This document shows, piece after piece, positions 9,169 through 17,470 of a stretch of DNA of 64,000 nt. Positions within the stretch are counted from its first letter, which is position 1, and every line of letters begins with the position of its first letter. The notes beneath the pieces were generated by a model. The model did no database searches, had not been told where the DNA came from, and saw only the letters and a list, made by a program, of their open reading frames with translations. The stretch comes from Acinetobacter phage Ab5. Location: sequence record PP763257.1; one strand, 5' to 3'. Position numbers and translations under genes: made by a program.

Positions 9169-9491
9169 ACATCATACCAAAGAATAGGTTTACATTTAAT
9201 ATCAGGATTCTTTGTTTCATGCAAGTACACTTCGTAATATGTGAAAGAACCTTTCATGTATGGATATGCTTCTTCAGCGCACAACTTTCGAGTTCTATGA
9301 ACTTCATCTGAAGTTAAATCCATTACTTCAAGAGCATCCAAGAACTCCTCATCTGTCTCATCAACAATTTCCATTGGCGTCCCATAATATTTCTTCCAAT
9401 AATCCAAAACATCTTGTTTAGACTTTGCAATATAAATTGCATCGTCGTTCACATTGATAAGAAGGAAATCATTTACCATAAATTGTTTCAT
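9165..9491 (-). CDS. hypothetical protein
   Basis: ATGA coupling. Confidence 0.45.
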   Translation of the reverse strand: MKQFMVNDFLLINVNDDAIYIAKSKQDVLDYWKKYYGTPMEIVDETDEEFLDALEVMDLTSDEVHRTRKLCAEEAYPYMKGSFTYYEVYLHETKNPDIKCKPILWYDV

Positions 9492-9493
9492 TA

Positions 9494-9961
9494 TTACTCT
9501 CCTTTAATAAATTCTTCAAATGTACGACTATCAACTAATGTATCATCATTAACATAAAACTTACAAGTTCTAAACACTGATGGTCGATTTTCTTGATCTA
9601 GGATTACTAATTCACCATTCAACCAACTAGCTGCATGGACAAATTGTCGGTATGGTAGAATAAAATCACTTCGTACAAACTCACAACCAAGAAGTTTATT
9701 TGTAAACTCTTCACGCTCAATGTCACGATGCAAACAGTGATTTACTTTTACATAAATATATCGAGTGTCATAATGATGAAGATCGTCATAATCTAATTCA
9801 TCCTCAATTGAGAATTTATCCCCTAGTTTATATTCATGTAACATATCACCTTTTTTTAAATCAAAGCAGATATACAGTGTTTTATCATCAATATCTCGAT
9901 CTATAATATCTTTACCTATAGCTGATTCAGCCTCATGAATACTATCAAATACACGTTTCAT
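9494..9961 (-). CDS. hypothetical protein
   Basis: ORF track. Confidence 0.45.
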   Translation of the reverse strand: MKRVFDSIHEAESAIGKDIIDRDIDDKTLYICFDLKKGDMLHEYKLGDKFSIEDELDYDDLHHYDTRYIYVKVNHCLHRDIEREEFTNKLLGCEFVRSDFILPYRQFVHAASWLNGELVILDQENRPSVFRTCKFYVNDDTLVDSRTFEEFIKGE

Positions 9962-9985
9962 AATTTCTCCTTAATTTAGTTAATT

Positions 9986-10195
9986 TTACATTAACACTTC
10001 GTTTAGAATTTCTTTTAACTTTTGAGCTTGATCAATATGTAAATCTAACGATATGCCAAAATATTGATCTGTAATCCTAATACTATCATCATGTCTGCGA
10101 CAATTAACCAGAAGACTATTCCAAGTTGCCGAACCACAATTATATTGTTCAACCACCTCATCAATAACTTCGTAATGATTAAACTTAACACTCAT
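9986..10195 (-). CDS. hypothetical protein. Start refined to the ATG at 10195, behind a GGAGAAGAAA RBS, rather than the track start at 10285.
   Basis: Internal Met with a strong RBS removes the 100-nt overlap. Confidence 0.4.
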   Translation of the reverse strand: MSVKFNHYEVIDEVVEQYNCGSATWNSLLVNCRRHDDSIRITDQYFGISLDLHIDQAQKLKEILNEVLM

Positions 10196-10397
10196 TTTCT
10201 TCTCCAAAAATATCCAGCGTTTTGTCACATCTCTTACTTCGTGACATTGTTTTAGATTTCTTACAATATGTTTTAAAATCTTCAAAACCTGTCATATGTG
10301 CAATCACATCGTTCCAAGTAAATCCATTAACCTTGTATTTATCTTCAATATAATCACATAAATCTCCATCAATTACAATCATTCTTTTTCGTGACAT
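10185..10397 (-). CDS. hypothetical protein. Start refined to the ATG at 10397 (GGAG RBS).
   Basis: Internal Met with RBS. Track start is 10418. Confidence 0.4.
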   Translation of the reverse strand: MSRKRMIVIDGDLCDYIEDKYKVNGFTWNDVIAHMTGFEDFKTYCKKSKTMSRSKRCDKTLDIFGEENEC

Positions 10398-10638
10398 AAT
10401 AATTACTCCAAAAATCATTTACTGCATTATCAAAAATACCGTCTTCGTCTTCAAACATCACTGTGTTAAACCATCCAAGACCAACTAAGTGATATTCACT
10501 TGACCATGAACCAACATTAACACCATCACACTCATATTCCTCACCAACACTAAGGATAGAATTTGCGTGTTTATTCTCACCATCATACCCACCTTTACCA
10601 GTGAACTTTACTTTACCTAAAATCATATCAATCTCCAA
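10369..10638 (-). CDS. hypothetical protein
   Basis: ORF track. Confidence 0.45.
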   Translation of the reverse strand: MEIDMILGKVKFTGKGGYDGENKHANSILSVGEEYECDGVNVGSWSSEYHLVGLGWFNTVMFEDEDGIFDNAVNDFWSNYYVTKKNDCN

Positions 10639-10789
10639 TCAATTCAATAAATTTATTTAAACAAACACTTTCAGGCAAACTATCACAAACCATTTTACCA
10701 TCAACAATTAAATCCCATTCATTACGAAGTTCTTTGTATGGTCGAAGTTCATAAACAACACCTTTCACAACAACGATAAATCCTTTCAA
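10628..10789 (-). CDS. hypothetical small protein. Likely TTG start at 10789 after TGGAGA. Track start is 10840.
   Basis: No internal ATG. The TTG overlaps the upstream stop (TTGA). Confidence 0.3.
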   Translation of the reverse strand: MKGFIVVVKGVVYELRPYKELRNEWDLIVDGKMVCDSLPESVCLNKFIELIGD

Positions 10790-10968
10790 GATAGAGTCTC
10801 CAAATAAATTAAATAAGTAAAAAGTAAAGCTAATATACAATCAATAATCTTACGAATCCAGAAAGTCACTTTTTCTGTGTAACTTGTATAGGTAATTACA
10901 GATAAGTATAAAAATGCAATTGTAAAAGCTAACAATATAAACATAACAACCTCAAAGTGTAGATGCAC
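10786..10968 (-). CDS. hypothetical small membrane protein
   Basis: Two hydrophobic segments. Confidence 0.4.
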   Translation of the reverse strand: MHLHFEVVMFILLAFTIAFLYLSVITYTSYTEKVTFWIRKIIDCILALLFTYLIYLETLS

Positions 10969-11293
10969 TAACTAAGTATTTACCTTTCTCACCGAACATG
11001 TCATCAACTACAGCTTGTGCAAAACGATAATCTTTAGCTTTAATAAATACACGATTACCAAAAGCATTTTTAATATGATATTTATACTTTGGAAACTTAT
11101 TGTTTCTAGGTGCATGACAACTAATAAAAACAACTTTCTTTTTACCTTCATACTCAAATGTATATTGTGACACTCCACCATTCATAAGAATACTTTCATC
11201 AAAAACAACAACACTCTCCTTCTCTTTCTTCTTAACCACCTTCAAGTCTTGTTTCTTAGATGCTTTCAATAAGGCTTGTAACATTGCAGTCAT
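10952..11293 (-). CDS. hypothetical protein
   Basis: ORF track. Confidence 0.45.
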   Translation of the reverse strand: MTAMLQALLKASKKQDLKVVKKKEKESVVVFDESILMNGGVSQYTFEYEGKKKVVFISCHAPRNNKFPKYKYHIKNAFGNRVFIKAKDYRFAQAVVDDMFGEKGKYLVSASTL

Positions 11294-11397
11294 TTAAATC
11301 TCCAGATAATACTATGTGTTTTACATTAACCATTTCTACAGACAATAATAAAGCGACACTCAACTAATGTCAAGTGTCGCTTATGATAAATTTGTAA

Positions 11398-11943
11398 TTA
11401 TTCTGTATTGTATTTTTCTTCTAATTGCTTCCATGCGTCTTGCAAAGTAGACACTGACTGTCTGAGCTTATCCCCATCCTCTGCCATGTCGAGATATCGT
11501 TCTGTGCAGCTTCCAAACGACTCTTGTAACCATTGTAAGTCTCTCCTTGATACACTGACGGAGCTTTCGGAATTACTACTTTGATTGGCACTACTCCCAC
11601 TTCCGACTTTATTGATTTGTTCACGCAACCGCTTAACATCAGCGTTGATACTATTCCTAGAAACAATAATTTTATCGATTTCACTTTGATGTTTCTCCTG
11701 TAAAATTGTATACTCTTTGTTTAATTCATTAACCTTTCTTATTGAATTATTTTGTTCTTCAATCAGTTTGGAAGTCATATCATTTTTAAGAGAAACATAA
11801 GCTACATCTTTATCAACTAGCTTTTTCTCATATTTATTTTTAAGACTTTCATTCTGCATTAACAAACCAAGTAATCCAATAAACAAAATAACGATTAAGA
11901 ATTCTTTCCAAAATCTAATCATATAAGAAATAGCTAGTGTCAT
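11398..11943 (-). CDS. i-spanin (Rz-like): N-terminal TM helix plus periplasmic coiled-coil
   Basis: TM segment FLIVILFIGLLGLLM followed by coiled-coil-like Gln/Glu/Lys-rich sequence. Contains an embedded +1-frame lipoprotein ORF. Confidence 0.55.
   Translation of the reverse strand: MTLAISYMIRFWKEFLIVILFIGLLGLLMQNESLKNKYEKKLVDKDVAYVSLKNDMTSKLIEEQNNSIRKVNELNKEYTILQEKHQSEIDKIIVSRNSINADVKRLREQINKVGSGSSANQSSNSESSVSVSRRDLQWLQESFGSCTERYLDMAEDGDKLRQSVSTLQDAWKQLEEKYNTE
11421..11684 (-). CDS. o-spanin (Rz1-like) outer-membrane lipoprotein embedded in the i-spanin gene
   Basis: Signal peptide MKSIKLLFLGIVSTLMLSGC with lipobox L-S-G-C. Entirely embedded in an alternate frame of 11398..11943, as in lambda Rz/Rz1. 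Confidence 0.6.
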   Translation of the reverse strand: MKSIKLLFLGIVSTLMLSGCVNKSIKSEVGVVPIKVVIPKAPSVYQGETYNGYKSRLEAAQNDISTWQRMGISSDSQCLLCKTHGSN

Positions 11944-11944
11944 A

Positions 11945-12652
11945 TTACTTCTTCCGTTTCTTCAGCTCATTTTGAATCATCTTCACATCCTCTTTATATA
12001 AAGATAATTCAGCTTCAAGCTCTTCATCTGTATATTGCGACATGTCAAGAGGTTTATCTAAGCTTTGTTGGATAGCTTCTGCTCGTAATTGCTCTCGCTT
12101 CTGTAGCCTTTCACGAATTTCGAAATCCTCAAAATAGAAATCTTCACCACGTAAACAATTTTCAATCTCCTCTTCTGTCAAGAACCCTAAATACGCTTCA
12201 CGAATAAATCTCTCATTTCCAGCTTGATAGTGACTGTGCTGTTTCTTGGTTTCACTAGCCTTACCTCCAACCCAAAATGACTGTTCATGAATCATTAGTG
12301 TCGTGTTGTTTCCAACCACAAAGTTATGACAAGCAAGTAGTAGCACTGAAGCACAACTGCAACCTTGCCCAAGTAAGAAACCAGTGACCTCAGCACGAGT
12401 CATAGACATTGCATTAAGAATCGCATTAAGTGCATCAACTCGTCCTCCAAAGTTGTTAATCATGAAATTAATACGATCACCCTCTTCAGCCTGTAGTAGC
12501 AATGTGACAACCTCGTCATAATAAGATGGGTGCTCAAACTCTTGAGAGAAGTGAATTGTATATTCATTTGAAACTAGTTGCTTAATATATATGGAAGGAT
12601 AGTTTGATGGGTTTTCCATACCTAAGTAGTTAGTTGATGTGTTTTTAATCAT
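11945..12652 (-). CDS. ClpP-like (S14 family) serine peptidase with an N-terminal extension
   Basis: GQGCSCASV matches the ClpP active-site Ser motif GQAASMGA. LMIHEQ matches the His motif MIHQP. Crotonase-like spacing. Confidence 0.6.
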   Translation of the reverse strand: MIKNTSTNYLGMENPSNYPSIYIKQLVSNEYTIHFSQEFEHPSYYDEVVTLLLQAEEGDRINFMINNFGGRVDALNAILNAMSMTRAEVTGFLLGQGCSCASVLLLACHNFVVGNNTTLMIHEQSFWVGGKASETKKQHSHYQAGNERFIREAYLGFLTEEEIENCLRGEDFYFEDFEIRERLQKREQLRAEAIQQSLDKPLDMSQYTDEELEAELSLYKEDVKMIQNELKKRKK

Positions 12653-14025
12653 GTTAGCTCCTTTTCTATAGCAAGAATTGTTTCAAAAATTTTATCTTTG
12701 ACATTTAAATTAAAGCATTCAGTTTCACCTTTGAAACTTAACTTGGGCGAGTACCTATCTTTTCTAAAAGCTCGCTTTAATTTGTTTTCAGCATCGTATA
12801 CATTATCACAATAGCCTTTTAAAACGTGTAATACTTCAATATCGTAAGGTACTCTACTCTTAAACCTTTCGGAAACATCCTCATGAACAGTGATTCCTAC
12901 TTTTAGAAAGTTCTCATGATCGTTGTAACACCTAACCAGATACAAATTAGAGTTGTAATCGTACTTTTTACAAACTTCTCTGTACTCCGATCTTGAGTAA
13001 CCTCTTGTGCTATAGCAAACAGGGCATCCTGAACCTCTTAAGTGACTGTTTGGAACTTGTGAAAAAGTCTCAAAACAAGAGTTACATTTTATGTTAACTT
13101 TTACACTACTCAACTTATACAGCACATCAGTGTAATCGTAAGCATCTTCACCATGTACTTTTCTAGCTTTTAATACAAAGTCTTCAGTTGACAACCTATT
13201 TCTTTCAGAAATATTTCGTCTGTAGCAAGTCGTACAACCGTGACCAGATAAATGATTAGCTGGTTTTTGTTTAAAAACCAGTTCACAAGATTTGCAAAAT
13301 ATATCGACTGGTGTTACGGAGTTTTTATAAACAACATCCTTATAATCGAACAGGTCTCCGTGTACTTTAGTAGCTTTTTTAATGAAAGTACTGTTTAGGT
13401 AAGATTGATCATCTGATGTAAAAACATTCCTACACTCAGGACATCCTAAACCTTTCAGATGTTTAAAAGGTTGTGATTTAAAACTTCCGTGTACCTTGCA
13501 TGTTATAATAACCTTCTCAGTCGATCTATGATACTAAGTATCGTCATAGGAATACTTATTTCCGTGTATGTCTTTTGCTTTTTCAACAAACCATTCAGTG
13601 GTTTTAGTTTTAGAAGAAGCAATTTTCTTACCTCTACAAAGAGGGCAACCCTTACCGAGTAAATGACAAGAAGGTAGTTGCTCAAAAACACCATGTTCTC
13701 TGCAACGTATTTTTACCTTAATTAGTTTACCAGAGTACACTGTTTCCGAGTAGTCGTAAATACCTTTGTGAACTTTTTCAGAATCTTCAATAAATGTTGT
13801 ATATTGAGACCTTCTTGTTTCACCTCTCTGCACCTTAGAACACTCTGGACAGTTCCTACCTTTTAAGTGTACATACGCGGACTGATAAAAGCTCCCATGC
13901 AGTTTACAAATTATCTCTAACTTATCTTTAGATGTCTTGTATACACTTTTAGAATAATCATAGCGATCTCCGTGTCTTTCCTTAGCTTCTCTGATAAAAA
14001 TATCAGTTGTAACCTTTCTCCCCAC
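12649..14025 (-). pseudogene. Homing-endonuclease-like gene with five tandem zinc-ribbon repeats and a C-terminal T5orf172/GIY-YIG-like domain, interrupted by one in-frame TAG at 13534..13536. The ORF track splits it into 13534..14025 and 12649..13194.
   Basis: My minus-strand translation of 13195..13533 continues in frame with no stop. It carries repeat 3 of the motif HGxxYDYSxxxY...CxxHGxFxQ...HLxGxGCPxC and repeat 4 as a degenerate variant (HGDLFDYK...CKSCELVFKQ...HLSGHGCTTC). C-terminus KVGIT...EVLHVL...ECF. The downstream part has no ATG or GTG before the TTG at 13194. Confidence 0.55.
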
Positions 14026-14099
14026 CTGAACAGCAACTCCTATTTAAAACTCTCTTAACACTTCTTCAAAATATTCACTAAATGTCATAAATACATCTC

Positions 14100-14285
14100 C
14101 TATAATTTTCGCGGTGGTAATTTTATTTCTAAACCAATATCAGGACGCATGTGTCGAATCTTGAAGCCCATCTTCTGAACCTTTCGTAAAGCATCATCCT
14201 CTGTTTTTGCTGAAACACGAAGTTCACCTTCGATGTCATCAGTATACACTGTGAAGATTGTTCGCTTATTTGGTGTATGTCCCAT
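14100..14285 (-). CDS. hypothetical small protein
   Basis: ORF track. Confidence 0.4.
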   Translation of the reverse strand: MGHTPNKRTIFTVYTDDIEGELRVSAKTEDDALRKVQKMGFKIRHMRPDIGLEIKLPPRKL

Positions 14286-14563
14286 TACCCCTCCAAATCT
14301 TCTTCTAAAATTACATAATAAGTTTCACCTTCAAGTCGATCATACCTGTCAAAAAGATCGTAAATATCTTGTTGGTATTCATAAACAACATCTTCATCTT
14401 GATGTTCAAAAGGTGTAGATAAAATATATCCATTTAATCTTTTCTCAAGACTATTAAGTTCTTTGAAAAATTCCAATGACTCTTGATAAGGAATCAAATA
14501 TGTGTGACCATCATCGTCTTCATATGTTGCATAAATTTTATTTGGGTTGATATTCATTTTCAA
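14285..14563 (-). CDS. hypothetical acidic protein
   Basis: ORF track. D/E-rich. Confidence 0.45.
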   Translation of the reverse strand: MKMNINPNKIYATYEDDDGHTYLIPYQESLEFFKELNSLEKRLNGYILSTPFEHQDEDVVYEYQQDIYDLFDRYDRLEGETYYVILEEDLEG

Positions 14564-14768
14564 AACTCTCCTTTAATTTTGGATGATTAATGAATTGATT
14601 AAACACCTCAACTGGAACTTCAAACCAATTATAACCATCTTCATAAACCACAGTTCCGTATTCTGTATAATAAAGTTTAGGATGAGGAGGAGGTTTATTT
14701 TCCTCCATCTCAATTATCTTGTCTCGAAGAATTTTAAGCTCTTTGATCAAATCTTCTTGACTAACCAT
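14538..14768 (-). CDS. hypothetical protein. Start possibly the ATG at 14768, overlapping the PhoH stop. Track start is 14819.
   Basis: Internal ATG, start-stop overlap ATGGTTAG. Confidence 0.35.
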   Translation of the reverse strand: MVSQEDLIKELKILRDKIIEMEENKPPPHPKLYYTEYGTVVYEDGYNWFEVPVEVFNQFINHPKLKESFENEYQPK

Positions 14769-15516
14769 TAGAATAAATCTCAGTAACCCGCTTACTAATC
14801 GCACCACGCTGATTCTCATTGGTGGTTAGTTCAACATATTTAAATAATGGTTCAATCGAATATCTGCCCATTTCATCATCAATTGTTACACGCTCAATAA
14901 AGTCTGTAAAACCATCTTTTCGCTTCTTAACTGAGTATTGTTGAGATTTATCACCAAGAAGAATTAACTTACATGAATCATCAACACGTTCCATTAATAA
15001 TTTCAATGTTAAAGGAGAATATGTTTGACACTCATCAAGAATAACAATCGAATTACTCAATGTAGCACCAAGAAGGAAGTTTGGAATCTTGAACTCAATA
15101 TTCTTATTCTTTTCTTCACTTTCCAGTTTTCCTTTAGACATGAAGTCTAAGAATATACCACGCATTGAATCAAAATGCGGTTCAAGTTTAGAACTTTCGT
15201 TTCCGGTCAAAAATCCGATTTGGTCATCTCCTGCTTCCGTAGGGTTTTTAACAAACACAATTTTTCGATATCCACTACCTAACAAAGATAACGCCTTCCA
15301 AACAACACAAGTGCTTTTACCGCATCCACTTGGTGCTTGAACACCAACCCAATCATATTGATCGATAGCGTCAACAATATCTTTCTGTCTTCCTTTTGGA
15401 ACAAACCACGACAAATCATATTTTTCAGATTTAATGAATTGGTGTTCTGCTTCTTGAGTAACACCTCTCACTTCTCGATTGTAATGCTTATCTTTACGCA
15501 ATTCTCTACGACCCAA
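14761..15516 (-). CDS. phoH: PhoH-like ATPase
   Basis: Walker A VQAPSGCGKST, Walker B-like IVILDECQ, LILLGDKSQ. PhoH-family architecture. Confidence 0.8.
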   Translation of the reverse strand: MGRRELRKDKHYNREVRGVTQEAEHQFIKSEKYDLSWFVPKGRQKDIVDAIDQYDWVGVQAPSGCGKSTCVVWKALSLLGSGYRKIVFVKNPTEAGDDQIGFLTGNESSKLEPHFDSMRGIFLDFMSKGKLESEEKNKNIEFKIPNFLLGATLSNSIVILDECQTYSPLTLKLLMERVDDSCKLILLGDKSQQYSVKKRKDGFTDFIERVTIDDEMGRYSIEPLFKYVELTTNENQRGAISKRVTEIYSNG

Positions 15517-15540
15517 ATCATCTCTCCTTAATGTTAGGAA

Positions 15541-15723
15541 TTATTTTTTAAGAACTTCACGAGGAATCACAAAATTCGTTCTGAAACCCTGTCCAAATTC
15601 TACACTATTAACAAATTTAATAAACAAACTCTGTTCTTTTTTAGAAAGTTTCCTTAAAGTCTCAATCTTCGATTCATTTGTACTTTTAAGGTTATTTGCA
15701 TTCGCTAAATTAATTTCTGACAT
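15541..15723 (-). CDS. hypothetical small protein
   Basis: ORF track. RBS GGAG upstream. Confidence 0.4.
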   Translation of the reverse strand: MSEINLANANNLKSTNESKIETLRKLSKKEQSLFIKFVNSVEFGQGFRTNFVIPREVLKK

Positions 15724-15876
15724 AATTTTCTCCTAAACAATATAAAACATCCATGTTAATAATTCCTATTTAATTTGGACTATAGGTCCCACGCTTCTTT
15801 TGTTAAAGTTGTGGGTTTACCAAGTCCATATCCATCAATGATAAATCCTAATCCGTAACCTTCCATAACAAGCTCC

Positions 15877-16188
15877 TTACTTCTTAGTTGTAGTTTTTGC
15901 TGTTTGTGTTTTAACAGAAGTTTTAACTGGTGTCTTAGCAGGATTAGCCGACTCAGTGGTTTCAGCAGCTTCTTCTTTAGCAACCTCTTTAGAAGCCTCC
16001 TTCACTACTTCTTGTTTAGCTTCAGATTGTTTAGCTGAACGCTGGAAGTTAGCTGTGAATTGAACACCACCAATAGTTGCACTACCGTTTGCTACAAAAG
16101 ACCAACCATTTTGAATCAACTCTTGAACTTCAAGTAAGAATTGTACATAATTAGTGTGACGAATACGTTTTGTTTCTACATTTGACAT
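15877..16188 (-). CDS. putative DNA-binding protein with a Lys/Ala/Thr-rich histone-H1-like C-terminal tail. Start refined to the ATG at 16188 with an AAAGGAAAC RBS.
   Basis: MSNVETKR... ending AKTPVKTSVKTQTAKTTTKK. The track ORF extends to 16260 with no RBS. Confidence 0.4.
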   Translation of the reverse strand: MSNVETKRIRHTNYVQFLLEVQELIQNGWSFVANGSATIGGVQFTANFQRSAKQSEAKQEVVKEASKEVAKEEAAETTESANPAKTPVKTSVKTQTAKTTTKK

Positions 16189-16219
16189 TTTTGTTTCCTT
16201 TATATATAAATGAGTAATA

Positions 16220-16248
16220 TTTATAGCATTGTTATATTTACATGTCAA
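16220..16248 (-). promoter_or_regulatory. sigma70-like promoter TTGACA-17-TATAAA driving the leftward operon
   Basis: On the minus strand: TTGACA (comp. of 16243..16248), 17-nt spacer, TATAAA (comp. of 16220..16225). About 25 nt upstream of the 16188 start. Confidence 0.45.
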
Positions 16249-16306
16249 GTAAAATAACAATATTTAACAATGATAGCAAGTATATTGTTATTTTTTGTTA
16301 AAACTA

Positions 16307-16335
16307 TTGACATTCACTCTTGACAAGGTTATAGT
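16307..16335 (+). promoter_or_regulatory. sigma70-like promoter TTGACA-17-TATAGT driving the rightward late/structural transcript
   Basis: Consensus -35 and near-consensus -10 with 17-nt spacer. Divergent from the 16220..16248 promoter. Confidence 0.5.
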
Positions 16336-16348
16336 GCAAGGACAGGGT

Positions 16349-16420
16349 TGGGTTGGATATGTTATTATGAGTGAAACGAAATAATAATACATTAATGTCA
16401 ATCTTTAGATTGCTACAATA
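16349..16420 (+). repeat. Conserved 72-nt leader element, copy A (GGGTTGGATATGTTATTATGAGTGAAACGAAATAATAATACATTAATGTCAATCTTTAGATTGCTACA). A partial second copy ATGAGTGAAACGAA lies at 16427..16440.
   Basis: Perfect reverse-complement match to 49114..49185. Contains a TTATTAT/ATAATAA hairpin and the palindrome CAATCTttAGATTG. Confidence 0.7.
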
Positions 16421-16551
16421 TATTGAATGAGTGAAACGAATGAAATATATTGGGATATAAGAATAGTATTATAAATATAACATTTACAATATGCTATATG
16501 TGTTCTATGCGTAGCATAATATATTATATAATAATATTGTAAAATAATACT

Positions 16552-17235
16552 TTGGAGAATTACAAGAATATGTCAACATTAGAAGATTATCTATCTTTAA
16601 GAATACAAGACTGTTACTACGATAGTAATACATACTTTAACAGAGATAAGAATTTATATCATGTTTATTTGTTTTATTATGATAATGTATTAGTTTATGT
16701 TCATTATGGACAGAAGGGAACAGAAGAAATACATTACACCTCAGAATCACCATGTCCAAAGTTTAGAAAGATTTATAAAGAGAATAAGACACACCTGATC
16801 TCACACCATCACCTTACCAAGTTTAGTGTTTTACATGATTGTTTGTTTTATGTTGATTTCTTGATTAATAAATTCAAACCTAAATACAATAAGAAGATTG
16901 AAGTGTTAGATGAAACTGTGTACAATAAACAGATCAGATTTACACATACTCCAGATGAAATACCTCATGACAATGAACTAACTTTGTTGTATTTGTTTTG
17001 TTTACTTGGTTATCCACTTCAATTGATATCTGATTACACTGGTGTTGATCTTAAAGAATTAAGTAAGATTAAAAACAGAGAAGGAAGATATTCTTATCCT
17101 GTGTTTTGTTTTGAATATGTAAACAAACAAGGATTTGCTGTTGTGGATAAAGCTTTGCTTAATCATTATTGTAATGTTGTGTTTAAGACAGATATTGATC
17201 GTATTGAAGAGCTTTATGGTGTTGCTTATTTTTAG
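16552..17235 (+). CDS. hypothetical protein
   Basis: ORF track. RBS TTTGGAGAA. TAG stop. Confidence 0.5.
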   Translation: MENYKNMSTLEDYLSLRIQDCYYDSNTYFNRDKNLYHVYLFYYDNVLVYVHYGQKGTEEIHYTSESPCPKFRKIYKENKTHLISHHHLTKFSVLHDCLFYVDFLINKFKPKYNKKIEVLDETVYNKQIRFTHTPDEIPHDNELTLLYLFCLLGYPLQLISDYTGVDLKELSKIKNREGRYSYPVFCFEYVNKQGFAVVDKALLNHYCNVVFKTDIDRIEELYGVAYF

Positions 17236-17355
17236 CACATATACCAATTAAAAATCATAGTCAATAATAATTTTGTAAAGTTATGTAAAAAAGCTTGACT
17301 AATCTTTAAAAGGTTGTTATTCTTATCAACATAAAGAAAACAATAAATAATAATT

Positions 17356-17383
17356 TCTGAATGGACTCCTTAATTCAGAAAGG
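17356..17383 (+). other. hairpin TTCTGAAT-(10)-ATTCAGAA
   Basis: Perfect 8-bp inverted repeat in non-coding region 17236..17667. Confidence 0.4.
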
Positions 17384-17399
17384 ATTCACTTTCCTCCAA

Positions 17400-17457
17400 C
17401 ATCACTCTCTTATTCTACAAACAATAATAATAAAGACTCTCCTGTAAGAGAGTGATG
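17400..17457 (+). other. long hairpin CATCACTCTCTTA-(32 nt)-TAAGAGAGTGATG followed by a U-rich tract
   Basis: Perfect 13-bp inverted repeat. Possible terminator or structured RNA. Confidence 0.45.
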
Positions 17458-17470
17458 TATTTTCTAATAT

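Noticed and set aside
5820-15531. Plus-strand track ORFs inside the leftward operon (5820..6029, 7938..8141, 10064..10255, 14233..14418, 14583..14771, 15089..15340, 15337..15531)
   Set aside because: They are antisense to a densely coupled minus-strand gene chain. They are low-complexity or hydrophobic, lack an RBS, and are typical AT-rich antisense artefacts.
15780-15983. Track ORF 15780..15983 (-), Lys-rich 67 aa
   Set aside because: It overlaps 15877..16188 by over 100 nt in another frame. The Lys-rich translation comes from the AAG-rich complement of the basic tail coding region, so it is likely spurious.
16552-17235. Integrase call for the 227-aa protein next to the tRNA-like fragment
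   Set aside because: No R-H-R-Y catalytic tetrad pattern. The sequence is Tyr/Phe/His-rich but is not recognisably a tyrosine recombinase.
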